64,000 nucleotides of DNA from Spirochaetia bacterium (GTDB lineage Bacteria > Spirochaetota > Spirochaetia > SP-2023): contig OZ253665.1 in NCBI GenBank assembly GCA_965263295.1, positions 1,440,001 to 1,504,000 of the forward strand, read 5' to 3'. The notes beneath the pieces are model-generated. The model was not told the DNA's origin, did not search any database, and was given only the letters and a program-made list of their open reading frames with translations. A program made the translations under genes and the position numbers. This document shows positions 39,797 to 49,489 of this stretch, in pieces. Each line of letters starts with the position of its first letter. Position 1 is the first letter of the stretch.

Positions 39797-41460
39797 TGCG
39801 ACTGAGCTTGGAATCCCTGGAATCCCTGGAATCTCTGCAAGATGTTTCTTTTTGGCAGAGGCACGGCTATCAGCTGCCACAGTTCAATGTGCGCGAAATG
39901 GCGATCCGGACGAAAAGAGAGCCCGTCTGGTTGCATTTCGGTGCCGGCAACCTTTTTCGCGCGCTCATCGCCAATCTTTCGCAGCGACTGCTGAATCAGG
40001 GCGATGCGCTGCAGGGGATTATCGCAGTCGGCGGCTCGAACAATAAGGTCATAGACGATATCTATCGGCGCCACGACAATCTGGGGATTTTCGTGCGTCT
40101 GCATGCCGATACTTCGCGGGAGAAAATCGTGCTTGGCAGTATTGCCGAGTCCTTGTGCATGTTCGACACGGCGGGAGAGGATCTGCGGCGCTTGCAAGCT
40201 ATCGTCAGCCATCCCGGATTGCAGATGATCAGCCTGACAATCACCGAAAAGGCGTATCAGCTGCAGGATTCCGCGGGTGCGTATCTGCCTGCGGTGGAAG
40301 AAGATTTTTCATCCGGCCCGCAAAAAACGCGCAGCTATCTCGGTCGACTGGCCAGTCTGTTGCACTGCCGTTGTCGCAATCAGGCGCCGCCGCTCGCCGT
40401 CGTCAGCATGGATAACATGGCTCGCAACGGCGAGGTACTTGAAAACGCCATGTTGACCTTCGCCGAACGCTGGGAGGAGAATGGCCATGTGGAAACGGCT
40501 TTCCGCCGCTATCTGCGAAGCGACAGGGTTTCTTTCCCCTGGTCGATGGTCGATAAAATCACACCGCGACCCGATGAAAAAATCGCGCAGATTCTAAGCC
40601 GCGACGGGCTGGAAGGAATGACGCCGCGTAGCTTGGGAGGAGAGACTTCGGGAAGAAATTCTTTGGCGGCGCCTTTTGTCAATGCCGAAGAGCTTGAGTA
40701 CCTGGTAATTGAAGACGCCTTTCCGAACGGCCGGCCGGCACTTGAAAGAGCCGGCGCCATGCTGGCGCCGCGCGAAACGGTGAAACGGGCCGAAACGATG
40801 AAAGTAACGACATGCCTCAATCCCGTGCATACGGGATTGGCGGTGTTTGGTTGCCTGCTCGATTTTTCTTTTATACACGAGGAAATACGCGACGCGGATC
40901 TCAGGCGACTGGCGCACCGGATCGCGTATCGGGAAGGATTGCCGGTAGCCATTGATCCGGGCATCTTGGACCCGCGAACCTTTGTCGACGAATTACTCAA
41001 TGTTCGTCTTCCCAATCCGTATATTCCGGATACGCCGCAACGCATCGCCGCCGACACCTCACAAAAACTGGCGATTCGTTTCGGTTGGACCATCAAGTCC
41101 TATTGCCGCTCCGAGCACCTTGCGCTTGACGATTTAGTTGCCATCCCGCTGGTATTCGCCGCTTGGTGCCGCTATCTGCTCGGTGTCGATGACGAGGGGA
41201 AATCGTTTACCTGTAGTCCCGATCCCAAGCTGGAATCGCTGCAACGATTGCTCTCCGGCGTGCGCGTTGGTAAAACGGACGGCAGTATTAAACCTTTACA
41301 CAGCATTCTGGCGGATCGGGAGATTTTTGGCGTCGATCTTTACGCCGTGGGCCTCGGTGACAGAGTTGAACGCTATTTTGCGCAAATGATTGCGGGGAAA
41401 GGGGCGGTGCGAGCCACCTTGAGGAAATATCTGCCCGATCGCGACGACGCGGACACATGA
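39796..41460 (+). CDS. uxuB: Mannitol dehydrogenase family protein (D-mannonate oxidoreductase-like)
   Basis: WLHFGAGNLFRA, SLTITEK, SMDN, SMVDKITP and DTSQKL; translationally coupled to uxuA (TGATG). Confidence 0.85.
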   Translation: MRLSLESLESLESLQDVSFWQRHGYQLPQFNVREMAIRTKREPVWLHFGAGNLFRALIANLSQRLLNQGDALQGIIAVGGSNNKVIDDIYRRHDNLGIFVRLHADTSREKIVLGSIAESLCMFDTAGEDLRRLQAIVSHPGLQMISLTITEKAYQLQDSAGAYLPAVEEDFSSGPQKTRSYLGRLASLLHCRCRNQAPPLAVVSMDNMARNGEVLENAMLTFAERWEENGHVETAFRRYLRSDRVSFPWSMVDKITPRPDEKIAQILSRDGLEGMTPRSLGGETSGRNSLAAPFVNAEELEYLVIEDAFPNGRPALERAGAMLAPRETVKRAETMKVTTCLNPVHTGLAVFGCLLDFSFIHEEIRDADLRRLAHRIAYREGLPVAIDPGILDPRTFVDELLNVRLPNPYIPDTPQRIAADTSQKLAIRFGWTIKSYCRSEHLALDDLVAIPLVFAAWCRYLLGVDDEGKSFTCSPDPKLESLQRLLSGVRVGKTDGSIKPLHSILADREIFGVDLYAVGLGDRVERYFAQMIAGKGAVRATLRKYLPDRDDADT

Positions 41461-41563
41461 AAGCGGCACGCCATGTCTGCTTTGCCCGTTTTTTGGGCAA
41501 GGAAGCAGCACGGCGTGGAAATTGCAATAATTATAAAGTTTGAAAACTTACGAGGATATGAAG

Positions 41564-42541
41564 ATGAGCATGAGGAGAATATTTCTTACTATTATTATGG
41601 CAACTCTTTTGCCTGCATTTACCCATTCAATGGCCTATTCAATGACATTGAAAATAGCTGATAACCACAGCGCAAAAGATTCTACAGTTAAAGCGCTGGA
41701 GCATTTTGCCCAAGATATCAAAGATAAAAGCGATGGCAAAATAAAAGCAAAAGTCTTTTCCAGTGGAGTCTTAGGGGATGAGCGGGAAGTCTTACAGCAA
41801 GTCTCAAAGGGAATCATTGACATCGCCAGGGTTTCAACCGCCAATCTAAGCCATTTCCAACCCAAGTTTCGGGTGCTGTCAATGCCCTATTTGTTCCGTG
41901 ATATGCAACATTTTAAAAATTTTGCACAAAGTGAAGTAGCGAAAAGTCTGTTAGATTCGACAACTAAAGATGATATTATTTGTGTCACATTTTACACCAA
42001 TGGGTTTCGTTCTTTTTATACAAAAGATACGGCCATATATAAACCTGCGGATCTTAGCGGTTTGAAAATAAGGGTCATGGGAGATCCAGTCGCTATTGAA
42101 ATGGTGGACAGATTAGGGGGTAAGGCGACTCCAATGGCACTCTCGGAGGTGTTTTCAGCCATCCAACAAGGTGTCATAGATGGGGCTGAAAGCGCAGTCA
42201 CCGTACTGACAATTGGCTCACATGGGGAGATTGCAAAAAAGTTTTCTTTCGATGAGCACTCTCTTTTGCCGGATATTGTATGTATAAGTAAAAAGAAGCT
42301 TCGACAATTAAAGGATTATGAACAGGAAATGATTCTCAACCGGTTAAGGGAGTCTTGGGATTATCAGGACAAGTTATACAATGAAGATATCAAAAAGGCC
42401 TATGAAACGGCAAAAGATAAGATGGGAGTCGATTTTAACCAAGTGGATAAGCAACCGTTCATTGAGCTAGTTGAACCCATGTATGATTCGCTTCCGAACG
42501 ATGAGAAAAAACTGGCGACAGAAATCCGATCCATCCAATAA
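41564..42541 (+). CDS. dctP: TRAP transporter substrate-binding protein
   Basis: Signal peptide, GVLGDERE, NGFR, DLSGLKIRVM and QQGVIDGAE. Confidence 0.93.
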   Translation: MSMRRIFLTIIMATLLPAFTHSMAYSMTLKIADNHSAKDSTVKALEHFAQDIKDKSDGKIKAKVFSSGVLGDEREVLQQVSKGIIDIARVSTANLSHFQPKFRVLSMPYLFRDMQHFKNFAQSEVAKSLLDSTTKDDIICVTFYTNGFRSFYTKDTAIYKPADLSGLKIRVMGDPVAIEMVDRLGGKATPMALSEVFSAIQQGVIDGAESAVTVLTIGSHGEIAKKFSFDEHSLLPDIVCISKKKLRQLKDYEQEMILNRLRESWDYQDKLYNEDIKKAYETAKDKMGVDFNQVDKQPFIELVEPMYDSLPNDEKKLATEIRSIQ

Positions 42542-42575
42542 TTTTATAATACCTTTAAGGTATTCAGGGTATATT

Positions 42576-43052
42576 ATGTCTGGTTTTATTAGAAGGTTAG
42601 AGCAGTTTTGCGGGTATGCAGCGGGAACCCTTATTGTTGTCATCTCACTACTAGCGCTCTGGCAAGTGTTTTCTCGTTATGTCCTCAACTCTCCCAGTAC
42701 CGGTACTGAAGAATCCCTCAGATATTTGATGATATGGATGGGTTTCTTCGGAAGTGCGTATTGTTTTGGGCAGAATAAGCATCTTTCGCTAACTCTCATT
42801 GAGAATAAAGTGGGCAAGAGAATGAGATTGAGTATGAATATTTTGCAAAATATTATTGTAAATATCACCATATTCCTGGCACTAGTGTATGGCGGCTTTA
42901 ACCTGGTAATCTCCAGTATTGATCAGAGGTCATCTACCTTGGGCTGGTCTATGAGTCTGATATATCTAATTATGCCGCTCTCAGGAATTTTTATTATAAT
43001 TATGACTTTTTTCAATTTAATAAAGAATTTAGGCATTAATAAAAATAATTAG
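42576..43052 (+). CDS. dctQ: TRAP transporter small permease
   Basis: 4 TM helices and QVFSRYVLNSPSTGTEESLRYLMIW. Confidence 0.92.
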   Translation: MSGFIRRLEQFCGYAAGTLIVVISLLALWQVFSRYVLNSPSTGTEESLRYLMIWMGFFGSAYCFGQNKHLSLTLIENKVGKRMRLSMNILQNIIVNITIFLALVYGGFNLVISSIDQRSSTLGWSMSLIYLIMPLSGIFIIIMTFFNLIKNLGINKNN

Positions 43053-43074
43053 TGATGGATAGAGTAATTTAATC

Positions 43075-44379
43075 ATGGAAAATGACATTATATATTCATG
43101 TATACTCCTCTTTGGAACATTTTCAATATTCTTATTTATCGGAATACCGATATCTGTTGGAATATTACTAGCATCTATTATTACACTTTCGTCAGAGCTT
43201 CCTTTCGATATGGTTTTGTTTACCAGTGGACAAAAAATGTTTTCCGGTATAGATAATTTTGGCTTGCTTGCCGCCCCGTTTTTTATTTTTTCTGGCAACT
43301 TGATGAACAAGGGTGGCATAGCCCGAAGATTAGTAAACCTGGCGCTCTTATTGGGGGGAAGGATTCCCGGTTCTCTACTACACGCAAATATAATTAGCAA
43401 TATGCTGTTTGGCAGCGTCTGCGGCTCATCTGTCGCGGCCGCCTCTGCGGTTGGGGGCTTTATGGATCCCATACAGAGAGAAAAAAAATATGATCCTAGC
43501 ATATGCGCTGCTGTGAATATCGCATCCGCTCCAACCGGACTCATGATTCCGCCTACAGGCATGTTTATAATATATTCGCTCTTGACGGGTACATCTGTCG
43601 CGGCACTTTTTATAGCGGCGTATATTCCTGGGATACTGATGGGGCTGGCCGTTATGGTGTATGCATATTATGCTGCTAAAAAGCATAACTATCCCCTAGA
43701 AGAACGTAAGAATTTGCGAGATACGTTTAAGATAATCCTAGATGCTGTTCCCAGTTTGGCCATGATTGTAATTGTCATAGGTGGGATTCTATCTGGTGTT
43801 TTCACGGCTACCGAAGGTGGTGCTATAGCCGTATTCTACGCTTTATTTTTATCTCTAATTTATAAGAATGTAAAGTTCAGAGATATACTGGCCATTGCCA
43901 TTGAATCTGCGCTCACATCAGGAACAATTTTATTTTTGATCGCTGCTTCTAGCCTTATGTCTTGGGTAATGTCATTTTTGTCTATCCCAGACACTATCAG
44001 TGAGATTCTGACAACTCTTTCTGATAACAAATATCTTATTCTAATAATTATGAATTTTACCCTCCTTGTGGCAGGGACATTCATGGATGTCGCACCTGCA
44101 CTCTTAATATTCACGCCAATATTTTATCCAGTTGCAATGGAAACCGGAATGGATCCTGTTCATTTTGGTGTCATGGTCGCATTCAATTTATGTATTGGTA
44201 ACTTTACGCCACCAGTGGGAAGTGCATTATTTGTCGGATGCAGCGTCGCCAGGGTATCGATAGATCAAGTTTTTAGACCTTTATTGCCCATATTTATACT
44301 ACTGGTATTGGCTATGATATTAGTGACCTATGTCCCTTTCTTATCTTTATTTCTGCCCAACTTATTCGGGATCTTGTGA
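43075..44379 (+). CDS. dctM: TRAP transporter large permease
   Basis: LLAAPFFIFSGNLMNKGG, GLMIPP, FTATE, DPVHFG and TPPVG. Confidence 0.94.
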   Translation: MENDIIYSCILLFGTFSIFLFIGIPISVGILLASIITLSSELPFDMVLFTSGQKMFSGIDNFGLLAAPFFIFSGNLMNKGGIARRLVNLALLLGGRIPGSLLHANIISNMLFGSVCGSSVAAASAVGGFMDPIQREKKYDPSICAAVNIASAPTGLMIPPTGMFIIYSLLTGTSVAALFIAAYIPGILMGLAVMVYAYYAAKKHNYPLEERKNLRDTFKIILDAVPSLAMIVIVIGGILSGVFTATEGGAIAVFYALFLSLIYKNVKFRDILAIAIESALTSGTILFLIAASSLMSWVMSFLSIPDTISEILTTLSDNKYLILIIMNFTLLVAGTFMDVAPALLIFTPIFYPVAMETGMDPVHFGVMVAFNLCIGNFTPPVGSALFVGCSVARVSIDQVFRPLLPIFILLVLAMILVTYVPFLSLFLPNLFGIL

Positions 44380-45722
44380 GAATAATTATGTACACAAACT
44401 TATCGGATTACAAGCCGATTAATAACGGAAGAGAACTGAATACAGAGGTTTTCCGCAAAGCCTTATCTGATATCGCTGCGCGAGGTGGTGGCGTGCTATA
44501 CGTCCCGCCAGGGAAATATCTCACCGGCAATATATGTCTTGAAGATAATACGTATCTTTATATTAGTGCCGGAGCTGAGTTGATCGCTTCTCCCAATTAC
44601 GACGACTTCTCATGTGCCCAGAGTGAAGTTGTTGCGGAAAATTCTCATCATGGATTTATTTTCGCAAAGAATCGAAATAATGTAGGTGTTATTGGACATG
44701 GAATCATCAATGGCAATGCCCCGGCATACAATTCCGAAAAAGCAGATGAACTGGGATATATAAAACCTAAAGGGAAAAGAATTAGAACATGCATTTTCGA
44801 AAATTGTCACAATGTGCTTGTGGAAGGAATAACGATAATTGATTCCGCCATGTGGACACTGCATTTTGTCTCTTGCGAATATGGACGCATAGCCAACGTC
44901 AACGTTTTGAACGGGTTCAAGTATTCAAATACGGATGCTATCGATATAGATGGATGTCGTAAATTTCATATTTATGGTTGTAACCTGAAAACTGCCGATG
45001 ATGGTGTGTGCCTGAAAACCAGTCGAAAAAACGAAAATTTGGATCGCATCTGTGAGAATATCCTGGTTGAAAACTGTATTATAGAGTCCCATAGCTCGGC
45101 TTTGAAAATAGGAACAGAAAGCTATAGTGATTTTAAAAATATCAAGTTCAGTAATATCTTGGTTGTAAAATCTAACAGGGGAATTGCCTTAGTATCTAGA
45201 GATGGTGGGAATATTCAGAATGTTACTTTTGATAACATATCAATCGAAAATGAATTCAAGGAAAAATGCCATTGGGGGAAAGCGGATTCTATATATCTGA
45301 GTGTAAAAAGAAGAGACCAGGACTTTCCTGCCGGCCATATAAGGGATATATATATTTCAAATATTTCGATAAAATCGCAAGGTGCGATTAACTTGCATTC
45401 AGAAGAACGGCACTTAGTCGAAAATATAAATATGTGCAATGTGAAAGCTCACCAGATTGGGAGTCTTAATCCAGATCGTGGGACATACGATATCCGGCCG
45501 CCCTGCAATCCTTATGAGAAGGGGAATATAGGAATGAATAATGTGTATGTACTGCTTGATGGCCAAGCCAGGCCGTGGGGAGTATATGAATATCCCGATG
45601 GACTGCCGGCCGTATTTATTGACAATATCAGCCAGAAAGAGGTGAAATTCGATCATTGTCGTTTCACGCAAGAAGCTGGGTTTTCGTGGAATTCTCAGCT
45701 CATAGCGTTTACCCAACCTTGA
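44376..45722 (+). CDS. Glycoside hydrolase family 28 (polygalacturonase-like beta-helix) protein
   Basis: GGGVLYVPPGKYLTG, NTDAID, ADDGVCLK and LKIGTES. No signal peptide. Confidence 0.88.
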   Translation: MRIIMYTNLSDYKPINNGRELNTEVFRKALSDIAARGGGVLYVPPGKYLTGNICLEDNTYLYISAGAELIASPNYDDFSCAQSEVVAENSHHGFIFAKNRNNVGVIGHGIINGNAPAYNSEKADELGYIKPKGKRIRTCIFENCHNVLVEGITIIDSAMWTLHFVSCEYGRIANVNVLNGFKYSNTDAIDIDGCRKFHIYGCNLKTADDGVCLKTSRKNENLDRICENILVENCIIESHSSALKIGTESYSDFKNIKFSNILVVKSNRGIALVSRDGGNIQNVTFDNISIENEFKEKCHWGKADSIYLSVKRRDQDFPAGHIRDIYISNISIKSQGAINLHSEERHLVENINMCNVKAHQIGSLNPDRGTYDIRPPCNPYEKGNIGMNNVYVLLDGQARPWGVYEYPDGLPAVFIDNISQKEVKFDHCRFTQEAGFSWNSQLIAFTQP

Positions 45723-45733
45723 CGATATATCTG

Positions 45734-45775
45734 CCGTCGATTTTTCCGAGTGAAAAAATGACCGGAAAATGACGG
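45734..45775. terminator. Imperfect hairpin between the convergent GH28 and GNAT genes
   Basis: CCGTC.ATTTTTCCG ... CGGAAAAT.GACGG. Confidence 0.3.
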
Positions 45776-45961
45776 ATAAATGCCGTAAAATCTGTGCATA
45801 TAGATGCAATGACGTCAGAGTTGGCGCTCCGGGGAGTTCTGGCAGTCTAAGCTGGTTTTTGCCTGTTTTATCTTAAATTTGGTTTTAGTTTTAGGCTGCA
45901 AGCGAGTGGGGGACCTTCCGCATGGAGAGAACTGTCAAGAACTATTATTTCGAATTATTGC

Positions 45962-46357
45962 CTATCGACTTCTCTTTAAAACAAAAGCATTATCCGCTTT
46001 CGATAAACCGATATGCGGATAATAGCTCATGGCCGAAGCGGACGAGAGCAGAATTAAGGATACTTCTTCGCCAATAGCTTCTCGGAGCATCCCAATAAGA
46101 CGCTTTCCTATTCCTTTCCCCTGATATCTTGTGTTTACGGCTAGATCCGATAGATAACAGCAGTAGCTAAAATCTGTCAGTGCGCGACAGAGACCGATTA
46201 GTTCCTTTTCATCCCAAGCCGAAATTGTCAAATTGGCCTCATCCAACATCCGTTTTATCCGAGGGATATCATGGCTAGGCCGAATAAGGCCTGAAGAATC
46301 GAAGACTCTGGCAACGTCTTGTGGATCCAAAGGGTAGTTGTGGTGGTATTTTATCAT
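45962..46357 (-). CDS. GNAT family N-acetyltransferase
   Basis: YLSDLAV...YQGKGIGKRL acetyl-CoA motif and an AGGAG RBS. Confidence 0.9.
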   Translation of the reverse strand: MIKYHHNYPLDPQDVARVFDSSGLIRPSHDIPRIKRMLDEANLTISAWDEKELIGLCRALTDFSYCCYLSDLAVNTRYQGKGIGKRLIGMLREAIGEEVSLILLSSASAMSYYPHIGLSKADNAFVLKRSR

Positions 46358-46390
46358 TAGAAACTGGCTCCTGAAATTACGCGATCTGGT

Positions 46391-46957
46391 TTACTTTATA
46401 TTTTTTCTGCTGAAGTTTCGTTATTTCCTGGAAAATTCGTGGATATGGAAGTTTGTGTCACAATCTAATTGTTTTCTTGCAAATTGGGGAATATAAGGTT
46501 TAATACCCACTCCGATAACAATATTCTTTCCAAGAATACGTCTACGTGAAGTATTGATAATGAAATTATTACCGTTAAAATTGATGCTATTTACGCGCTC
46601 ATTGAAAAAATATTATTGTTATTTTCTGCGGCCCACTTCAAATAATCAGCGAACTCAAGACGAGAGATTTGATCAAATTGTGAGTTTAAAAACTGAATTA
46701 ATCGACCATGATGATGCAAATAAGAGATAAATGAAAATTTGTTTGTTGGATCAGCTAAGGTAACGAGATCCTTGAACATTGAAACTTGGAGCTTCGTATT
46801 TTTCAACATCATTCCATCGTGCCATGTGAAGCTTGGTTTCATATCAAAAAATATATTACTAACTAAATGTTTGTCATGTAACAACGAAGCGACACTCAAA
46901 TTTGATGGTCCACAGCCTATTCCGACGAGTTCATATTTTGGGGTTATTCGAAAACAA
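46391..46957 (-). pseudogene. SidA/IucD/PvdA-family lysine/ornithine N-hydroxylase, frameshifted and 3'-truncated
   Basis: Reconstructed across two frameshifts: YELVGIGCGPSNLSVA...FTWHDGMM...LQVSMFKDLVTLADPTNKFSFISYL...SRLEFADYLKWAA...KNIVIGVGIKPYIP...FHIHEF. Stops before the NADPH-binding motif. Confidence 0.88.
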
Positions 46958-47260
46958 TACTATTCTCCTCTAATATGCACATAAAGTGTATTGATTTTTA
47001 TTGTGCATTATAAGTCTAAATATAAACTATAGTAATAGATTATAATAAAATCTAGATTTAAACTCAACGATATTGGAACAATTTTCCGCTACTTTTTATA
47101 TATTATTGATATTATTGAATAATTTGTTGGCATTCGCGTGCAGGCTTTTATAGAATTTGCCCCCCGCCACCCCGATTCATGATGTGACTTGCCGGCCAAG
47201 GAAAAAGGGAAACAGCTGCCGGGCAACGGGGCTGGACAACTGGCGGCCGTTGCCAAGCTC

Positions 47261-47509
47261 TTACTGTTGGTCCAAGCTAAGAATTGATAATGCATTTGCC
47301 ATGCTCGTTGCGAGCGTGTCGACAACTCCGCTGCGCAGTGCGCCTAAGAGTGCCAGCGCCTTGGTGTTCTCGGCGGCGATGGCAATGACTTCAGGAATTT
47401 GATAGTAGTCTTCAAGACTTAAACCGATGATCCTGTCATTCATTGCCGTGACGACAGGTTGCCCGTCGCGGTTGAAGAAATCGTAGCCCGCGATATCTCC
47501 CACCAAGCC
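47261..47509 (-). pseudogene. C-terminal fragment of a SorC/DeoR-family sugar-binding transcriptional regulator
   Basis: VGDIAGYDFFNRDGQPV...RIIGLSLE...IPEVIAIAAENTKALALLGALRSGVVDTLAT. HTH and N-terminus are missing. Confidence 0.82.
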
Positions 47510-47809
47510 GCACAGGTCATCATCGCCTACGAGCCCGTATGGGCAATTGGAGTGACGGGCACAGCGGCGAGAGAAGCGGAAGCGGAAGCCGTATGCACCC
47601 ACATCCGCGCGGCCTTGCGGGAACTGTACGGCGCGGCACAGGCGCTCGGCATGGCGGTGCTTTACGGCGGGAGTGTGGACCGCGATAACGCCAATGCCTT
47701 CTTGAAGCAAGCCAATATCGATGGCCTTTTTGTCGGACGCGGCGCCCAGAACGCCACAGATTTCCTGGCGCTGCTGCATATGGCGCAAGACACGACGACT
47801 GCCCTGTAA
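47510..47809 (+). pseudogene. C-terminal fragment of a triosephosphate isomerase family protein (tetrose-phosphate isomerase-like variant)
   Basis: IIAYEPVWAIG, VLYGGSV and IDGLFVGR. N-terminal catalytic Lys/His region is absent. Confidence 0.85.
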
Positions 47810-47957
47810 TTGGTCTGGCAGTTGCGTTTTCAAGCCCGTTTTGCCTTTCGATGGCGCAGACGATGGCTTGCCCTCTCGTGTCCACAGCCCGTGCACCTAG
47901 TCGGGTTCCGCGCTGCAAAGCTCTGTCATCCGGCACGGGATGGCCCCCGTATTCCCG

Positions 47958-49343
47958 TCAAATTGGCTTCATTCTTGGCTCGGCATGGTGCACGACCTCA
48001 ATGACCGGTTTGTTTTGCGAAATCTCTTCCAGCTGGGCATGCAACGACGCCAGCCTCTTCGGGTCCAGATTGGCCCGCCATTCATCGAGCAGGAAAATTT
48101 CGATTCCGTCATCTTCAGACAGGTGCTTCAAGGCGGAATAGAGTCTCTGCCCGGTGGACAGGGTCGAAAACTCATGTAAGCCGACCATGTTTTCCGGGCA
48201 CAACAACACGGCATTGTCGCGGCGCAGCTTCAAAAGTTGGAGAAAAGTGCTCTTGCCAGCGCCGTTTTCGCCGGTTATGAGCATACGACCCGCCGGCTTT
48301 TTGAGGACATGGGAAAGCGCTTGGTCAATGTCGTGAAAGGTGCGGCCGTCGATTGTGATTTGGTCGATAACAATCCGGTGCCGAAATTGCTTTTGCGCTT
48401 CGCTTTCCATCCATTCATTGACAGATTCAGTCTCTTGCAGGGCTTGCATCCTGTCGATCAAATTATAAAAGGATGAAAAACTATTGAGAAAATCGTTTGA
48501 GTATTGCAATATTTGAACAATTCTGGGCGCGGAAACGATCAATCCGATCATTTGAGCTGTTGTCAATGCAATGAAACCGCCTCTATAAACCCAGATGATC
48601 AACACAAGGGAAACGATCATAACGATGGGCGGCATCGACGCCAGAAAAATGTATATAATATCTCTGGACTTGTATCTTTCAAGCAGGGACCTAAATTCCT
48701 TGAGGTCCTTCCCCAGATTTTTTCGAGGAAATAAATTTATTCGGGCCGGGATTATCGCCATATAGGCGATTAAGGCGATACGCGATTCTCGCAGTTTGAT
48801 TGCGTTCAGCCTGAGCTTTGGTCTTGTGACTAAAAATGCAAAAATCCCCAGTATTATCGCGCCGGTAAACATAAGGCCTGCAATAAAGCCTATGGCCCCC
48901 ATAATGGCAATGGAGTTGATCAACACACTTAAAATGGTATTCAATAAACTTTGCTGAAAATATATAAATTCAGAAATGACATCCCTTGATTCAGTGGATA
49001 AAATGCTGTGGATTTCCTTATGCTTGGACGCATCGGCCCCAGTGGGGCTGGAGGCCAGTTTTCGATACACCGATTTGCAGTGGACGCCCCAATGTCGGTA
49101 TTCAATTTGTCGGAGCGCCATATTGGCGCCGGAGCCGCTTAAATAGGCAAAAGCGATGAGCGCAAAAAAAATGAATAATGCATTCATCAGCATGCTGGCC
49201 GTCATGTCGTGAACATTTTCAATCGTCTTGATAATAAAATAGGTCGAAGCGCCAATCGCGCACTGCTGCATCAGGTTGAGGGTGCCGGTCAGCAAGCCCA
49301 TATTATATTTAAAATTATGTTTAAAGATACTTCTTAATTTCAC
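47958..49343 (-). CDS. ABC-type protein: membrane domain plus unusually compact ATPase domain
   Basis: About 6 TM helices, then GENGAGKS, LSTGQ, FLLDEWRANLD and EVVH. Confidence 0.75.
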   Translation of the reverse strand: MKLRSIFKHNFKYNMGLLTGTLNLMQQCAIGASTYFIIKTIENVHDMTASMLMNALFIFFALIAFAYLSGSGANMALRQIEYRHWGVHCKSVYRKLASSPTGADASKHKEIHSILSTESRDVISEFIYFQQSLLNTILSVLINSIAIMGAIGFIAGLMFTGAIILGIFAFLVTRPKLRLNAIKLRESRIALIAYMAIIPARINLFPRKNLGKDLKEFRSLLERYKSRDIIYIFLASMPPIVMIVSLVLIIWVYRGGFIALTTAQMIGLIVSAPRIVQILQYSNDFLNSFSSFYNLIDRMQALQETESVNEWMESEAQKQFRHRIVIDQITIDGRTFHDIDQALSHVLKKPAGRMLITGENGAGKSTFLQLLKLRRDNAVLLCPENMVGLHEFSTLSTGQRLYSALKHLSEDDGIEIFLLDEWRANLDPKRLASLHAQLEEISQNKPVIEVVHHAEPRMKPI

Positions 49344-49489
49344 TTTTTTAATCTATTTTTAGGGTCTGTGCCGTTCAATGGCCGGGCAGAGGGCCAGGGA
49401 AAGTTTTATTTGGGGATTCGTTTGTTTCGGCATAGAGCGCCTCGCGCGGTTGAGGCAATGCGGGGAACTCTAAAAATTAAGGGTATGAA

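Noticed and set aside
45900..45960. Possible IS end (ACTGTCAAG) downstream of the GNAT
   Set aside because: No matching inverted repeat, target duplication or transposase was found.
47261..47896. 211-aa minus-strand ORF as a complete gene
   Set aside because: Only the last 80 aa or so are a real regulator fragment; the rest is antisense to the TPI fragment.
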